Positions 37,101-45,575 of a stretch of 64,000 nucleotides of DNA are shown here, in pieces. The position numbers and the translations under genes were made by a program. The notes beneath the pieces are model-generated. The model had not been told where the DNA came from, ran no database searches, and saw nothing but the letters and a program-made list of their open reading frames with translations. Origin of the DNA: an uncultured Clostridia bacterium (lineage in GTDB: Bacteria > Bacillota > Clostridia > Christensenellales > UBA1242); contig CALWPG010000003.1 in NCBI GenBank assembly GCA_944383375.1, positions 339 through 64,338 of the forward strand. Reading direction: 5' to 3'. Each line of letters opens with the position of its first letter. The stretch's first letter is position 1.

Positions 37101-37893
37101 CGAACAAGAAAGTGCGATAGAAGATCTCATCGACAAACAATGTTTTGCAGATGAAGAGTTTAGAAGCCTGTACCTTAAAGAAACATCGCGCGTTGAAAAT
37201 GGCGAGGATGTAAGTTTGTTCATAAAAAACCTTGAAAATGTACAAGGTGATGAAAGAGATATAATCATATTTTCAATTGCATACGCAAAAAATGAATTTG
37301 GCAAAGTGAATGCCATATTTGGGTCACTTTCTGCAGAGGGTGGAGAAAATCGCTTAAACGTTGCTATAACCCGTGCTAAAAAGAAAATATTTGTTGTCAC
37401 AAGCATTGAGCCAGAAGAATTAAAAGTAGATAACAGTAAATTCATGGGACCAAAGTTGCTACGCAGTTACCTTGCATATGTTCGTGCAGTTTCAACTGGT
37501 AATAATGACGAAGTCAAAGTGATTCTAGACAGTGTCGGTGCTGGTTCGCAAATAGTTACAAAAAAACCACTGGGGCTTCTTCCAATGGAAAATCAGATTG
37601 CAGAAAAATTAAATAAACTTGGTTACAAAACAGAAATAAATCTTGGAAATTCCAACAGTAAAATTTCGGTAGCAGTTTACGATAGAAAAAAAGATAAATA
37701 CTTGCTTGGAATTGAAACCGATCAAACGGCCATTGCATACAGTAAGTCCACACTTGAGCGCGATGTATTTAAAAATCAGTTTTTAACTCAAAAAGGTTGG
37801 AATATGGTGAGAGTTTGGAGCCGTGATTGGTGGCACAATGCGCATCAGGTTATAACTTCTATAGTAAAAATTCTGGAAAAAGCACAAAAATAA
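34138..37893 (+). CDS. DUF4011-type Upf1/DNA2-like SF1 helicase fused to a C-terminal Vsr/DUF559-like (MTES_1575-type) endonuclease domain
   Basis: N-terminus ERLIEISGKNRSLYLKS; Walker A GPPGTGKSQT; motif II LFDEASQV; GDAKQLRP; YHYRSQ; VQGDERDIIIFS; RLNVAITRAKKK. C-terminus LGYKTEINLGNS..ISVAVY....LLGIETDQ....RDVFKNQFLTQKGWNMVRVWSRDWW. Confidence 0.85.
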   Translation: MKSIYTYYKERLIEISGKNRSLYLKSFNKKNGYDIGRILTFDQEKLNRLVDIFWDGKNVVYNLVGKDTKEDIVRASNIQLRFPDKTFENEKDKAKYERQKREYSKRVVQSEVNSLKALKREIDEIEKETGRYELFLCYPFVYGTLKNYTFKAPLVMFPVVIDIVDESTVNIYPKSGENVQLNKALLLAFADALHLNLEDLDLEYDCLGSRFKDISSLIAYLKNFGIKIDYSPRKKVFDFNHYGEPGNLDSPEVKHTCLLARCSLANSIYSDYSSLEKKHLANDSINELLNTKKVKHKPQKCENLYLINNVDYAQEQVVRKVNEQGNMVIYGPPGTGKSQTIVNVISDAICKGKKVLVVSQKKAAMEVVFNRLAALNQKAMFLTDAEKERRNFYERCFKMHTVSENMSYDENLFKEYDDVTQKLNNEINNLNIISNVLTQKTDFGISLQTMYYNSFKIGKRSGEYPIYKAMVKDKTLMKLNYEELSSALEIVNEKNKAEIYYNFVEEKKKNPFIDHLKNELSVHDVAIAQSRLRSLCSQRMALFDLANHKYSREVLTYYSRAKSYQDMKPLAKMIARFEQPKTYNLLKTSYVLLPMYPFAKIKMNKIENEIYDTFKTTISAMDEYIADYEFLKNILTDSGYVMAIDGILNGNSQILRLLLNAVENYIEQRDVLTLLNSLSKNQKIVLDFAYKNSSNYTKYKFTLEKLLPIRIYHEVVKCEDSQKEILSRMVDFENIRARIVTLKQKQNEVSKKIALQSFCPDYQKLMDGSPKSKDYLYQISKKQNFWPIRKTMDIYGDYLFKLFPCWLLSPENVSTILPLKKDMFDIVLFDEASQVFIENTIPTIYRGKTVVVAGDAKQLRPTTTFMKRYMGSTVDEDVDYSVQAALEVESLLDLAVSRFQSTNITYHYRSQNEELIDFSNSAFYNSTLQIAPNISKNIKHKPIERILVDGTWRDRKNIAEAQKVVELVKNILKTRKNGETIGIITFNVEQESAIEDLIDKQCFADEEFRSLYLKETSRVENGEDVSLFIKNLENVQGDERDIIIFSIAYAKNEFGKVNAIFGSLSAEGGENRLNVAITRAKKKIFVVTSIEPEELKVDNSKFMGPKLLRSYLAYVRAVSTGNNDEVKVILDSVGAGSQIVTKKPLGLLPMENQIAEKLNKLGYKTEINLGNSNSKISVAVYDRKKDKYLLGIETDQTAIAYSKSTLERDVFKNQFLTQKGWNMVRVWSRDWWHNAHQVITSIVKILEKAQK

Positions 37894-37911
37894 TCTAGAC
37901 ATCTCATAACT

Positions 37912-39132
37912 TTAAAATTCAAAGCAGTCAAGTATTTGTTTTGATATATTTTCAAGTTCTTCACTTGGAGCATAGAGCGAAAATAATTTTTCGCCCTTTT
38001 TTATCTTTTCTCCAATTTTGTTATATGTTATTATGCCATATTTATTTGTGTTGTATCTATGGTTTAAGTTGTTTATAATTTCACCCAATTCTTTAGTTTT
38101 AAATCCCTTTATTTTTAAGTTTTCTTGTGCATATGCTATTTTTTGAGGAATAGGATATTTTGCATCAAAAAGTTCAAGCGAACCACCTTGAGATGATACC
38201 ATAGTCTTTAATTTATCAAGCGCTTTACCATTTTTCATAACCTCAATTACCTTGTTTTTGGAAACGAAGTAAGGAATATTTTTGTCAAGACTATGGCAAA
38301 TAGCGGCAAGTTTAACGCAAGCTTTTGTCAATGGGTTATTTTTATCAAATTTTTTTAAAATATCTATTGCCTCCATACATTCAAGTAATGTTCCGATGTT
38401 ATAACCCAACGGCTGTGACATATCTCCATAGACAATTTTAGCGCACTTTTTGTCGCGCTTTGCAAGCATCATCATTTTTTTGCCCAATTTTTTGGCAGAG
38501 TTTTTATTCGGCATAAAAGCTCCGTTGCCATATTTTACATCTAAAACGATGATATCTGCCCCTGTTGCTAGCTTTTTGCTCATGACAGAGGAGGCGATGA
38601 GCGAGACATTATCTACAAGATTTGTTTTGTCTCTAAGAGCATAAATTTTTTTATCGGCAGGTGCCAATTTTGCGGTGGAAGTCATCATGCATCCACCATT
38701 TTTTTTAACTAGTTCAAATGCATCACTTAAGCTAATTTCAGTTTTGTAACCTTCAAAGCATTCAAGCTTGTCGCAAGTTCCACCAGTGAAGCCGAGACTT
38801 CTTCCGCTGAGTTTGAGCATTTTTGTGCCAAGACAAGCAAGCACTGGCACAAGTACAATTGTTGTAGTGTCACTGACCCCACCTGTTGAATGTTTGTCAA
38901 CGGTTCTGCCAAGGTTCGTCAAGTCCAAAACCTCACCACTATTTTTCATGGAAAGCGTAAGGTTATATAGACTTTCATCATCGATGTCAAAATCATATAT
39001 GGTTTTCAAAAGAGGATAAAAATCTTCATCCGACAACTGACCATCTGAGTATTTTTGTATCACGTCATTTATTTCTTCATATGAAAAAGAATTATTATTT
39101 TTTATTTTTTCAATTATTTGTTCAATTTTCAT
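37912..39132 (-). CDS. pdp: Pyrimidine-nucleoside (thymidine) phosphorylase
   Basis: DKHSTGGVSDTTTIVLVPVLA..SGRSLGFTGGT. Confidence 0.9.
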   Translation of the reverse strand: MKIEQIIEKIKNNNSFSYEEINDVIQKYSDGQLSDEDFYPLLKTIYDFDIDDESLYNLTLSMKNSGEVLDLTNLGRTVDKHSTGGVSDTTTIVLVPVLACLGTKMLKLSGRSLGFTGGTCDKLECFEGYKTEISLSDAFELVKKNGGCMMTSTAKLAPADKKIYALRDKTNLVDNVSLIASSVMSKKLATGADIIVLDVKYGNGAFMPNKNSAKKLGKKMMMLAKRDKKCAKIVYGDMSQPLGYNIGTLLECMEAIDILKKFDKNNPLTKACVKLAAICHSLDKNIPYFVSKNKVIEVMKNGKALDKLKTMVSSQGGSLELFDAKYPIPQKIAYAQENLKIKGFKTKELGEIINNLNHRYNTNKYGIITYNKIGEKIKKGEKLFSLYAPSEELENISKQILDCFEF

Positions 39133-39169
39133 ATAAAAAATTTAAGATATAAAATATTTTTTGTCAAAT

Positions 39170-39202
39170 AAAAATTCACCAGCATAGCTGATGAATTTTT
39201 TT
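39170..39202 (-). terminator. Hairpin terminator between the kinase-like paralog and pdp
   Basis: ATTCACCAGC-ATA-GCTGATGAAT (one mismatch) flanked by A and T runs. Confidence 0.55.
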
Positions 39203-40013
39203 AGTAGTGTTGTTCATGCTCTTTTGTTGATGTGGCCTGTTTAATAAATTTGAGTTTACTCATTATACAATTTTTATAAACTTCCAACCACTCACGAGGA
39301 ATTTCGCTTAAATTTAAGTTGTTGAAAAAGTTGGAATAATTTTTATTTAATACAGAAACAAGGTAATCTTTCACAACAGGTTTGCTAGTTGCATATTTCA
39401 CCAGTTCCATTGCTTCATTCCAATGTTCTGCATTGGTTATTATCATGTCACGAGCACTGTTGTATACTGAAAATCTTGCTGGAATATTCAAAACTTTCAT
39501 ATAATTTTTATCGTTAGAATAGAAGCTTGGATCTTGAATATTTAGAATATTATCATATGTCAAACCAAAGCTATACTCGTTATCATACAAAGGTGCTACA
39601 ACAATTTTTGAACCATTTGTAAGAAATCCAAAACAGTGATCAAATCTAGAAGTTTGGCAGGTTAAATAATCAAATAAAGCAATTTTGAAAAGCGAAAGTT
39701 CCATTTCGTCAACGGCAAAAGAATAGCCACGTTCTTTTAGATGTTTCATAATGTCAACTACCGTGTTGCTTGCATAGGGAACCAAAGATCTACATTCTCG
39801 AAATTTTGGTGAAGTTTTAATGTCTTTATTTACAGTTCCCAAAACAGTTTTTTTGTCTGTTTTGATTTTTGTCAGATTATAGTCCAAACATGGAACTTCT
39901 AAAAATTCTGCCAGTTTGCAGCAAAATATTTGATTTAAAAGTGCCTGTTTATTTGGATATGTTTTTTGCTCCAAATTTTCAGTATTTTGTGGCTTATTTT
40001 TGCTTCTCAACAT
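39201..40013 (-). CDS. Paralog of the 13962-14912 kinase-fold protein with a degenerate catalytic loop
   Basis: Alignable blocks: QIFCCKLAEFLEVPCLDYNL vs ELLCCELAKMVGVDCAEYEV; FDYLTCQTSRFDHCFGFL vs FDILTLQQDRHASNIHIV; VAPLYDNEYSF vs LSPLIDNEFAF. Confidence 0.6.
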   Translation of the reverse strand: MLRSKNKPQNTENLEQKTYPNKQALLNQIFCCKLAEFLEVPCLDYNLTKIKTDKKTVLGTVNKDIKTSPKFRECRSLVPYASNTVVDIMKHLKERGYSFAVDEMELSLFKIALFDYLTCQTSRFDHCFGFLTNGSKIVVAPLYDNEYSFGLTYDNILNIQDPSFYSNDKNYMKVLNIPARFSVYNSARDMIITNAEHWNEAMELVKYATSKPVVKDYLVSVLNKNYSNFFNNLNLSEIPREWLEVYKNCIMSKLKFIKQATSTKEHEQHY

Positions 40014-40158
40014 ATTAATCTAACATCCTTTTATATTATAATAACCCACGAATTTTAATATGTCAATACGCGATTTTTAAATAATTATTGCACAAAAGAT
40101 TAAATAATGTTATAAAGTTTATTATAAAATTTTAATATACTATTAAACAGAGGAAATT

Positions 40159-42222
40159 ATGAAAAATTTGTCTAAATATGTTCTTACCGATGAAAAGTTA
40201 AAAAGATACATGAACAGATTAGATTACAAAAAATTTTTAAAGTTAAGACAAAACCATCAAGAGCTAGATTTTTGTATTGCTGAAAAAATTGCAAAAGCGA
40301 TAAAAAAATGGGCTTTAAAAAACAAAGTTAAATATTATACACATTGGTTTTTTCCACTAACTGGAAAATCTGCCGAAAAACAAGTTTCATTTTATGAAAT
40401 AAAAAATGGAAGATTAATCAAAGATTTCAGTGGGCATATGCTGACAAAAGGTGAAACCGATGCTTCAAGTTTTCCAAGTGAAGGGGAGAGAATGACTTTT
40501 GAAGCACGAGGCTACACATTGTGGGATATTTCAAGCCCGGTCTTTATAAAAACAGATGATAAGAATAATAAGGTTTTGTACATACCCACTGCATTTATAA
40601 GTTACAATGGCATTTCACTTGATGAGAAAACACCTTTGCTTAGAGCAAATGAAGTACTGGATAAATCTGCCACCAAACTTTTAAACTTTCTTGGTCACAA
40701 AGATGTTAAAAATGTATATGCAAACTTGGGAATAGAGCAAGAATATTTTTTGGTGAGTGACGAAGTATACAACATGCGCAAAGATATTATGCTGACTGGC
40801 AGAACGTTGGTTGGAAGCCAGCCAAGCATTCATCAAGAAACTTATCATCATTATTTTGGCAAAATAGACAGTAGAATAAGTGAATTTATGCACGATTTAG
40901 ATGCTGAATTATCTTCAAGAGGTATCGTTGTGAAAGTTCAACACAATGAAGTTGCTCCAAGCCAGCATGAAATTGTGGCCATGTTTTGTACTGCAACCAT
41001 TGCAACCGATCAAAACAGACTTTTGATGGACATAATGGAACAGGTTGCAAAACGTCATGGCCTAAGGGTGCTATTTCACGAAAAGCCATTCAAAGGAGTA
41101 AATGGAAGTGGCAAACATAACAATTGGTCAATTTCAACCAATCTCGGACAAAATATATTAGACATTAATGAAACTGACAAGGACACCTTTGTTTTATTTT
41201 TCACTGCTATACTTTCTGCCATAGATAAACATTATGATCTTCTTCGCATGAGTACGGCTGGCGCTGGAAATGATCAACGTCTTGGTGGTGATGAAGCTCC
41301 GCCGTCTGTCATTTCTGTATACATAGGAGAAGATATGGAGAATTTAATAAACTCATATCTTGGTAGTGCTGACGAAATAAAAAATTCAAAGACATTGCTC
41401 AACCTTAAAACTTCTTGTATCGCTCCACTTTACAAAGACCGATGCGATAGAAATCGCACCAGCCCTTTTGCCTATACAGGCAATAAATTTGAATTTAGAA
41501 TGCTCGGAGCAAGTCAAAGTCCGGCTCTGACAAATGTGGTTTTGTCCACAATTTTAAGTGCAGAGTTGGATGAAATATTGCATAACTTGCAAAACGGGAG
41601 GACAATAAAAGATGTTGTAAAGCAAAATTTCAAAGAGCATTCCCGCATAATTTTTAACGGCAACAGTTATGATTCAAAGTGGATACAGATGGCTAAAGAG
41701 CGAGGGCTTGTGGATATTAAAGATAGCGTGACGGCATATAAATCATTGCTAGATAAAAAGAATATTGACCTATTTGAAAAACTTGGAGTACTTAGCAAAA
41801 AAGAGATAGAGGTGAGATATGCCTCGTATCTAAAAACATACTTTGAAACCATTTTGACAGAATGCAAAGTGCTTGAAAATATGCTCAATAAACAAATTTT
41901 GCCTTCACTTTTGGATTATATGACATATTTAAGTGAAACTATTGAGCATGCTCAGAAAAACAAACTTGAAATTTCTCACTATAAAGAAAAATTGAAAAAG
42001 GTCAGCCAAGACAGTATTTTACTTTCTGACCTTGAAAAATTATTAAATGAGAAGATTAAAAGATGTCAAGATGAAGATGACATAACAAAAAAAGCCATCT
42101 ATGCACGAGATGAAATGTTGGCAACAATGCAAAAAACCCGAGATGTTTTTGACGTTATTGAGCATTCATTGCCAAACAAATTCAAACCATTTTTGACATA
42201 TGATGACATTTTGTTCAATTAA
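40159..42222 (+). CDS. glnN: Glutamine synthetase type III
   Basis: 687 aa; HNEVAPSQHEI and KPFKGVNGSGKHNNWS motifs typical of GS-III. Confidence 0.88.
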   Translation: MKNLSKYVLTDEKLKRYMNRLDYKKFLKLRQNHQELDFCIAEKIAKAIKKWALKNKVKYYTHWFFPLTGKSAEKQVSFYEIKNGRLIKDFSGHMLTKGETDASSFPSEGERMTFEARGYTLWDISSPVFIKTDDKNNKVLYIPTAFISYNGISLDEKTPLLRANEVLDKSATKLLNFLGHKDVKNVYANLGIEQEYFLVSDEVYNMRKDIMLTGRTLVGSQPSIHQETYHHYFGKIDSRISEFMHDLDAELSSRGIVVKVQHNEVAPSQHEIVAMFCTATIATDQNRLLMDIMEQVAKRHGLRVLFHEKPFKGVNGSGKHNNWSISTNLGQNILDINETDKDTFVLFFTAILSAIDKHYDLLRMSTAGAGNDQRLGGDEAPPSVISVYIGEDMENLINSYLGSADEIKNSKTLLNLKTSCIAPLYKDRCDRNRTSPFAYTGNKFEFRMLGASQSPALTNVVLSTILSAELDEILHNLQNGRTIKDVVKQNFKEHSRIIFNGNSYDSKWIQMAKERGLVDIKDSVTAYKSLLDKKNIDLFEKLGVLSKKEIEVRYASYLKTYFETILTECKVLENMLNKQILPSLLDYMTYLSETIEHAQKNKLEISHYKEKLKKVSQDSILLSDLEKLLNEKIKRCQDEDDITKKAIYARDEMLATMQKTRDVFDVIEHSLPNKFKPFLTYDDILFN

Positions 42223-43022
42223 TAATCTTTTGTTAGTTTTCTTATGAGTTTATTTCTGAGCTTTGTATATTCAGTTATGGAAATTTTTCCCTCTTTTCTC
42301 ATTTCGTCAAGTTTAGAAATACCTTCAATCACTTGTTTGGTAGTTGTACTCTCTTTAAGCTCCACTTTTGGACTTTTTTGTACTTCTTTTTGTCCTTGTG
42401 GCGATTTTTCCTCTTCGTCATCAAGCCCTGATGTGTAGATTGCAGGTCTTGCAGGCAAAGGTACTTCGTTTGGGATTTCTTGTGTTTCTTTGACTTCAAC
42501 GACTTGTTGAGTTTGTACAAAATCTTGAGCTATGCTCTTTGTATTGATCAAAGCAATCAATATTAAAATAATACTTACAAAATGTAGTCCAATCAATGTA
42601 CACAAGAGACAATTCACAACAATATCTGCTGAAAATCCACCATTTGTTTGTATATTTGATACCAATAGGTAAACATACACTCCGGTTACAATTATAAACC
42701 ATGCTAAAAATAACACGGACAAAGATTTTTTACGTGCAAATCTGTCCCTATCAAAACGACTATACTTTATATATCTTGTCGATGCACACAATGAAAAAAT
42801 CACAAGTAAAGCTATTACACAAGTTGTCACGATAATCATATCTTCGCCAAATACAAAGAAAGGAGACAAAACAGGGACAAAAAGATCATTTACAATTTGC
42901 AAACTCTCTCCCACAAAAGTGTAAACGACGCTTGCAACAATTAAAAATATAGATGCCAAAAGCATTAAAGCATAAATAAGCGTCAAAATTATCCCTGCAG
43001 TTAATGTGACTTTTCTACTCAT
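42219..43022 (-). CDS. Multi-pass membrane protein with C-terminal SHOCT domain
   Basis: Five or six TM segments; C-terminal ISKLDEMRKEGKISITEYTKLRNKLI. Confidence 0.65.
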   Translation of the reverse strand: MSRKVTLTAGIILTLIYALMLLASIFLIVASVVYTFVGESLQIVNDLFVPVLSPFFVFGEDMIIVTTCVIALLVIFSLCASTRYIKYSRFDRDRFARKKSLSVLFLAWFIIVTGVYVYLLVSNIQTNGGFSADIVVNCLLCTLIGLHFVSIILILIALINTKSIAQDFVQTQQVVEVKETQEIPNEVPLPARPAIYTSGLDDEEEKSPQGQKEVQKSPKVELKESTTTKQVIEGISKLDEMRKEGKISITEYTKLRNKLIRKLTKDY

Positions 43023-43153
43023 GTTTTCTCCTGGATTTAGTTTGCTCTATTATAGTAAATATAACACAAATTTCCGTTTGAACAAAACTAAATAAAACAA
43101 ATACTAGACATTTTTTACCAATTACTGTATTATAATAACAAAGGAAGGAAAAT

Positions 43154-43528
43154 ATGGCAAATAATTGGGGCGAGCATAGTAAGGTAACTTGGAAAGACAG
43201 GAAACGAATCCTGGGAATGCCCATAACATTTACAAGATATTTTTTGGTTGAGGATCCTGATTGGACAAAGGTGTTTGTAAAAACCGGTCTTTTGTTTACA
43301 AGAGAAGAGGAAGTAAATTTATACAGAATATACGATATAACCATGACCTCTTCACTTGGTGAAAAGATATTTGGTGTTGGCACTATAATTTTATATTCAA
43401 AAGATGAGAGCACCCCAACACTTGTCATTCGCCATGTTAAAAATCCAACCTATGTGAGAAATCTACTTGCCAATAAAATTGAAGAAGAAAAAGCAAAGCG
43501 CGGTTTTCGTATTGCAGAATTCAATTAA
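43154..43528 (+). CDS. Bacterial PH-domain (bPH_2/YdbS-like) protein
   Basis: ..EVNLYRIYDITMTSSLGEKIFGVGTIILYSKDESTPTLVIRHVKNPTYVRNLL. Confidence 0.65.
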   Translation: MANNWGEHSKVTWKDRKRILGMPITFTRYFLVEDPDWTKVFVKTGLLFTREEEVNLYRIYDITMTSSLGEKIFGVGTIILYSKDESTPTLVIRHVKNPTYVRNLLANKIEEEKAKRGFRIAEFN

Positions 43529-43542
43529 TAAATATTAAATAA

Positions 43543-43570
43543 ATCAACCGTTATTGGTTGATTTTTTTTT
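43543..43570 (+). terminator. Intrinsic terminator before the glnS promoter
   Basis: ATCAACC-6 nt-GGTTGAT plus T9. Confidence 0.8.
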
Positions 43571-43606
43571 AAAATATGGTACACTTAAAATATTCAAGGA
43601 GATACT

Positions 43607-45274
43607 ATGGAAATAGAGGCAACAAACTTTATAGAAGAAATTATAAACAACGATTTAGAAGAAGGAAGATTTGATCATGTCCAAACTCGTCATCCACCAG
43701 AACCAAGTGGATACTTGCACATAGGGCATGTTAGAAATATTGTACTAAACTATGGTTTGGCACAAAAATATGGTGGTGTTTGCAATCTCAGATATGATGA
43801 CACAAACCCACAAAAGGAAAGCCAGGAATTTGTTGATGCAATTCAGGACGATGTTCATTGGCTTGGGTATGATTGGCACGAGATTCACTACGCAACGGAA
43901 TATTTCCAAATGAATTATGAAGTTGCTGTAAAACTTATAAAAGAGGGCAAGGCATATGTTTGTGACCTAAGTCCTGAAGAGGTCACAAAATATCGTGGCA
44001 CACTCACAGAGCCCGGCAAAAACAGCCCATATCGCGATCGTAGTGTGGAAGAAAATCTTGACCTTTTTGAGCGCATGAAAAATGGCGAATTTCCTATGGG
44101 TGCAAGATGTCTTAGGGCAAAGATAGACATGTCAAGTCCAAACATGAACATGCGCGATCCTGTAATTTACCGTATACAATACCTAAATCACCAACGTATC
44201 AAAAGACAATGGAACATATATCCAACCTATGATTTTTCTCATCCACTGGACGATTGTTATGAAGGTGTAACTCACTCAATATGTGGACCAGAGTTTGAAG
44301 ACCACAGACCACTTTACAATTGGGTTGTGGAAAACAGTGGACTTAAAAATCATTCAAGGCAGGTTGAGTACGCAAACCTCTACATCAAGGGTGCAATACT
44401 TGGAAAAAGGTTTATAAAAAAACTTGTACAAGATGGCATTGTGGAAGGGTTTGATGACCCAAGACTATATAGCCTTCGCGGACTTAGACGTCGTGGTGTA
44501 CTTCCAGAAAGCCTAAAAACTTTTGTATTGGCCGCAGGTATAAGCAAAAGCAATTCTCTCATCGATCCAGAGTTTTTAAATCACTTTATTCGTGACGACC
44601 TAAACAAAATCTCAAAACGTGTGATGGCTGTGCTTCATCCAATAAAACTTGTCATAAACAATTGGGAAGAGGGAAAAGAAGAAGAAATCGAACTTGAAGA
44701 TTATCCTCAAAATGAAGAAACAACAAATAGAAAATATTACTTTGGTCGTGAATGCTATATTGAAAGTGAAGATTTTATAAAAGAGCCAAATCCAAAATTT
44801 TACCGATTGTATGTTGGTGCAAAGGTTAGACTTAAAGGTGCGTACATTATTGAATGTACAGGCTTTGACGAAGACGAAAATGGCAATGTAACCACAGTCT
44901 ACGCAAACTATCTTGAAGGAACAAAAAGTGGCAGCGACTGTCAAATCAAGGTGAAGGGTACAATTCATTGGGTAAATCCAAACCATGCAAAACAGGTTGA
45001 AGTAAGGCTTTTTGAAAACCTTGTTGATGAAGAAAGTCAAGACGAGGTGGAAGGCCAAGAGCATGCGACAGAGGGCTTCACAATCAATCCAAATTCAAAG
45101 ATGATATTAAAAAATTGCTACATCGAAGATGATGTAACCTATACTCCAGAGGAAAGATATCAATTCATTCGAAATGGATATTTCTGTTTGGATAAGGACA
45201 CAACAGAAGATAGGCTGGTATTTAACCGAACTATAACCTTAAAAGACACTAAAAAACAAAAAACAAAAAATTAG
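43607..45274 (+). CDS. glnS: Glutaminyl-tRNA synthetase
   Basis: Class I HIGH (PEPSGYLHIGHVRN), 555 aa, GlnRS-type anticodon-binding C-terminal barrels. The Lys-rich tail KKQKTKN is encoded by the arm of the downstream inverted repeat. Confidence 0.9.
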   Translation: MEIEATNFIEEIINNDLEEGRFDHVQTRHPPEPSGYLHIGHVRNIVLNYGLAQKYGGVCNLRYDDTNPQKESQEFVDAIQDDVHWLGYDWHEIHYATEYFQMNYEVAVKLIKEGKAYVCDLSPEEVTKYRGTLTEPGKNSPYRDRSVEENLDLFERMKNGEFPMGARCLRAKIDMSSPNMNMRDPVIYRIQYLNHQRIKRQWNIYPTYDFSHPLDDCYEGVTHSICGPEFEDHRPLYNWVVENSGLKNHSRQVEYANLYIKGAILGKRFIKKLVQDGIVEGFDDPRLYSLRGLRRRGVLPESLKTFVLAAGISKSNSLIDPEFLNHFIRDDLNKISKRVMAVLHPIKLVINNWEEGKEEEIELEDYPQNEETTNRKYYFGRECYIESEDFIKEPNPKFYRLYVGAKVRLKGAYIIECTGFDEDENGNVTTVYANYLEGTKSGSDCQIKVKGTIHWVNPNHAKQVEVRLFENLVDEESQDEVEGQEHATEGFTINPNSKMILKNCYIEDDVTYTPEERYQFIRNGYFCLDKDTTEDRLVFNRTITLKDTKKQKTKN

Positions 45275-45388
45275 GGGTAAATACTTTGTTTCTGGCAGGC
45301 AACCCTCACACAGTCACGTACCTGTGTACGATCCTGCGTGAGGGTACCCGCCGAGCCTCGTCTTTACCGCCTAATTTTTTGTTTTTTT
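45258..45388 (+). repeat. About 130-nt imperfect long hairpin (A/T-tailed inverted repeat) overlapping the glnS stop; a partial second copy of its 3' arm lies at 45400-45437
   Basis: ACAAAAAATTAGGGGTAAA (45263-45281) pairs with TTTACCGCCTAATTTTTTGT (45363-45382); inner CCCTCAC (45303-09)/GTGAGGG (45338-44); ACAG/CTGT apex. CGAGCCTCGT..T7GT6 repeats at 45352 and 45401. Confidence 0.6.
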
Positions 45389-45444
45389 ATAGTTGATCTG
45401 TCGAGCCTCGTTATCGGGGCTATTTTTTTGTTTTTTAACTATAT

Positions 45445-45570
45445 GTCATTCTGAGCGTAAGCGAAGAATCTCTTTCATTTCGAGCGAAGCGAGAAATCTC
45501 AAGTTCTTTTTGTAAAGATTCTCGCGATAAAGCCACTCCAAATGACACCGTTCTTTAGCTCGGAATGGTA
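45445..45570. repeat. Cluster of four units of the dispersed GTCATTYCGAGCG repeat (2 forward, 2 reverse)
   Basis: GTCATTCTGAGCGTAAGCGAAGAATCTC at 45445-45472; TCATTTCGAGCGAAGCGAGAAATCTC at 45474-45500; reverse units at 45516-45549 and 45549-45570. Confidence 0.8.
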
Positions 45571-45575
45571 TTTTT

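Noticed and set aside
40014-40158. GlnR/TnrA box or glutamine riboswitch upstream of GS-III
   Set aside because: No TGTNA-N7-TNACA match better than two half-site mismatches, and no glnA-motif-like structure is visible.
43015-43428. ORF 43015-43428 (-), 137 aa
   Set aside because: It overlaps the PH-domain gene antisense and the promoter region, with no RBS and an implausible composition.
43529-43606. T-box leader upstream of glnS
   Set aside because: The spacer is only 78 bp and consists of a terminator for the upstream gene plus a promoter-like region. There is no specifier or T-box sequence.
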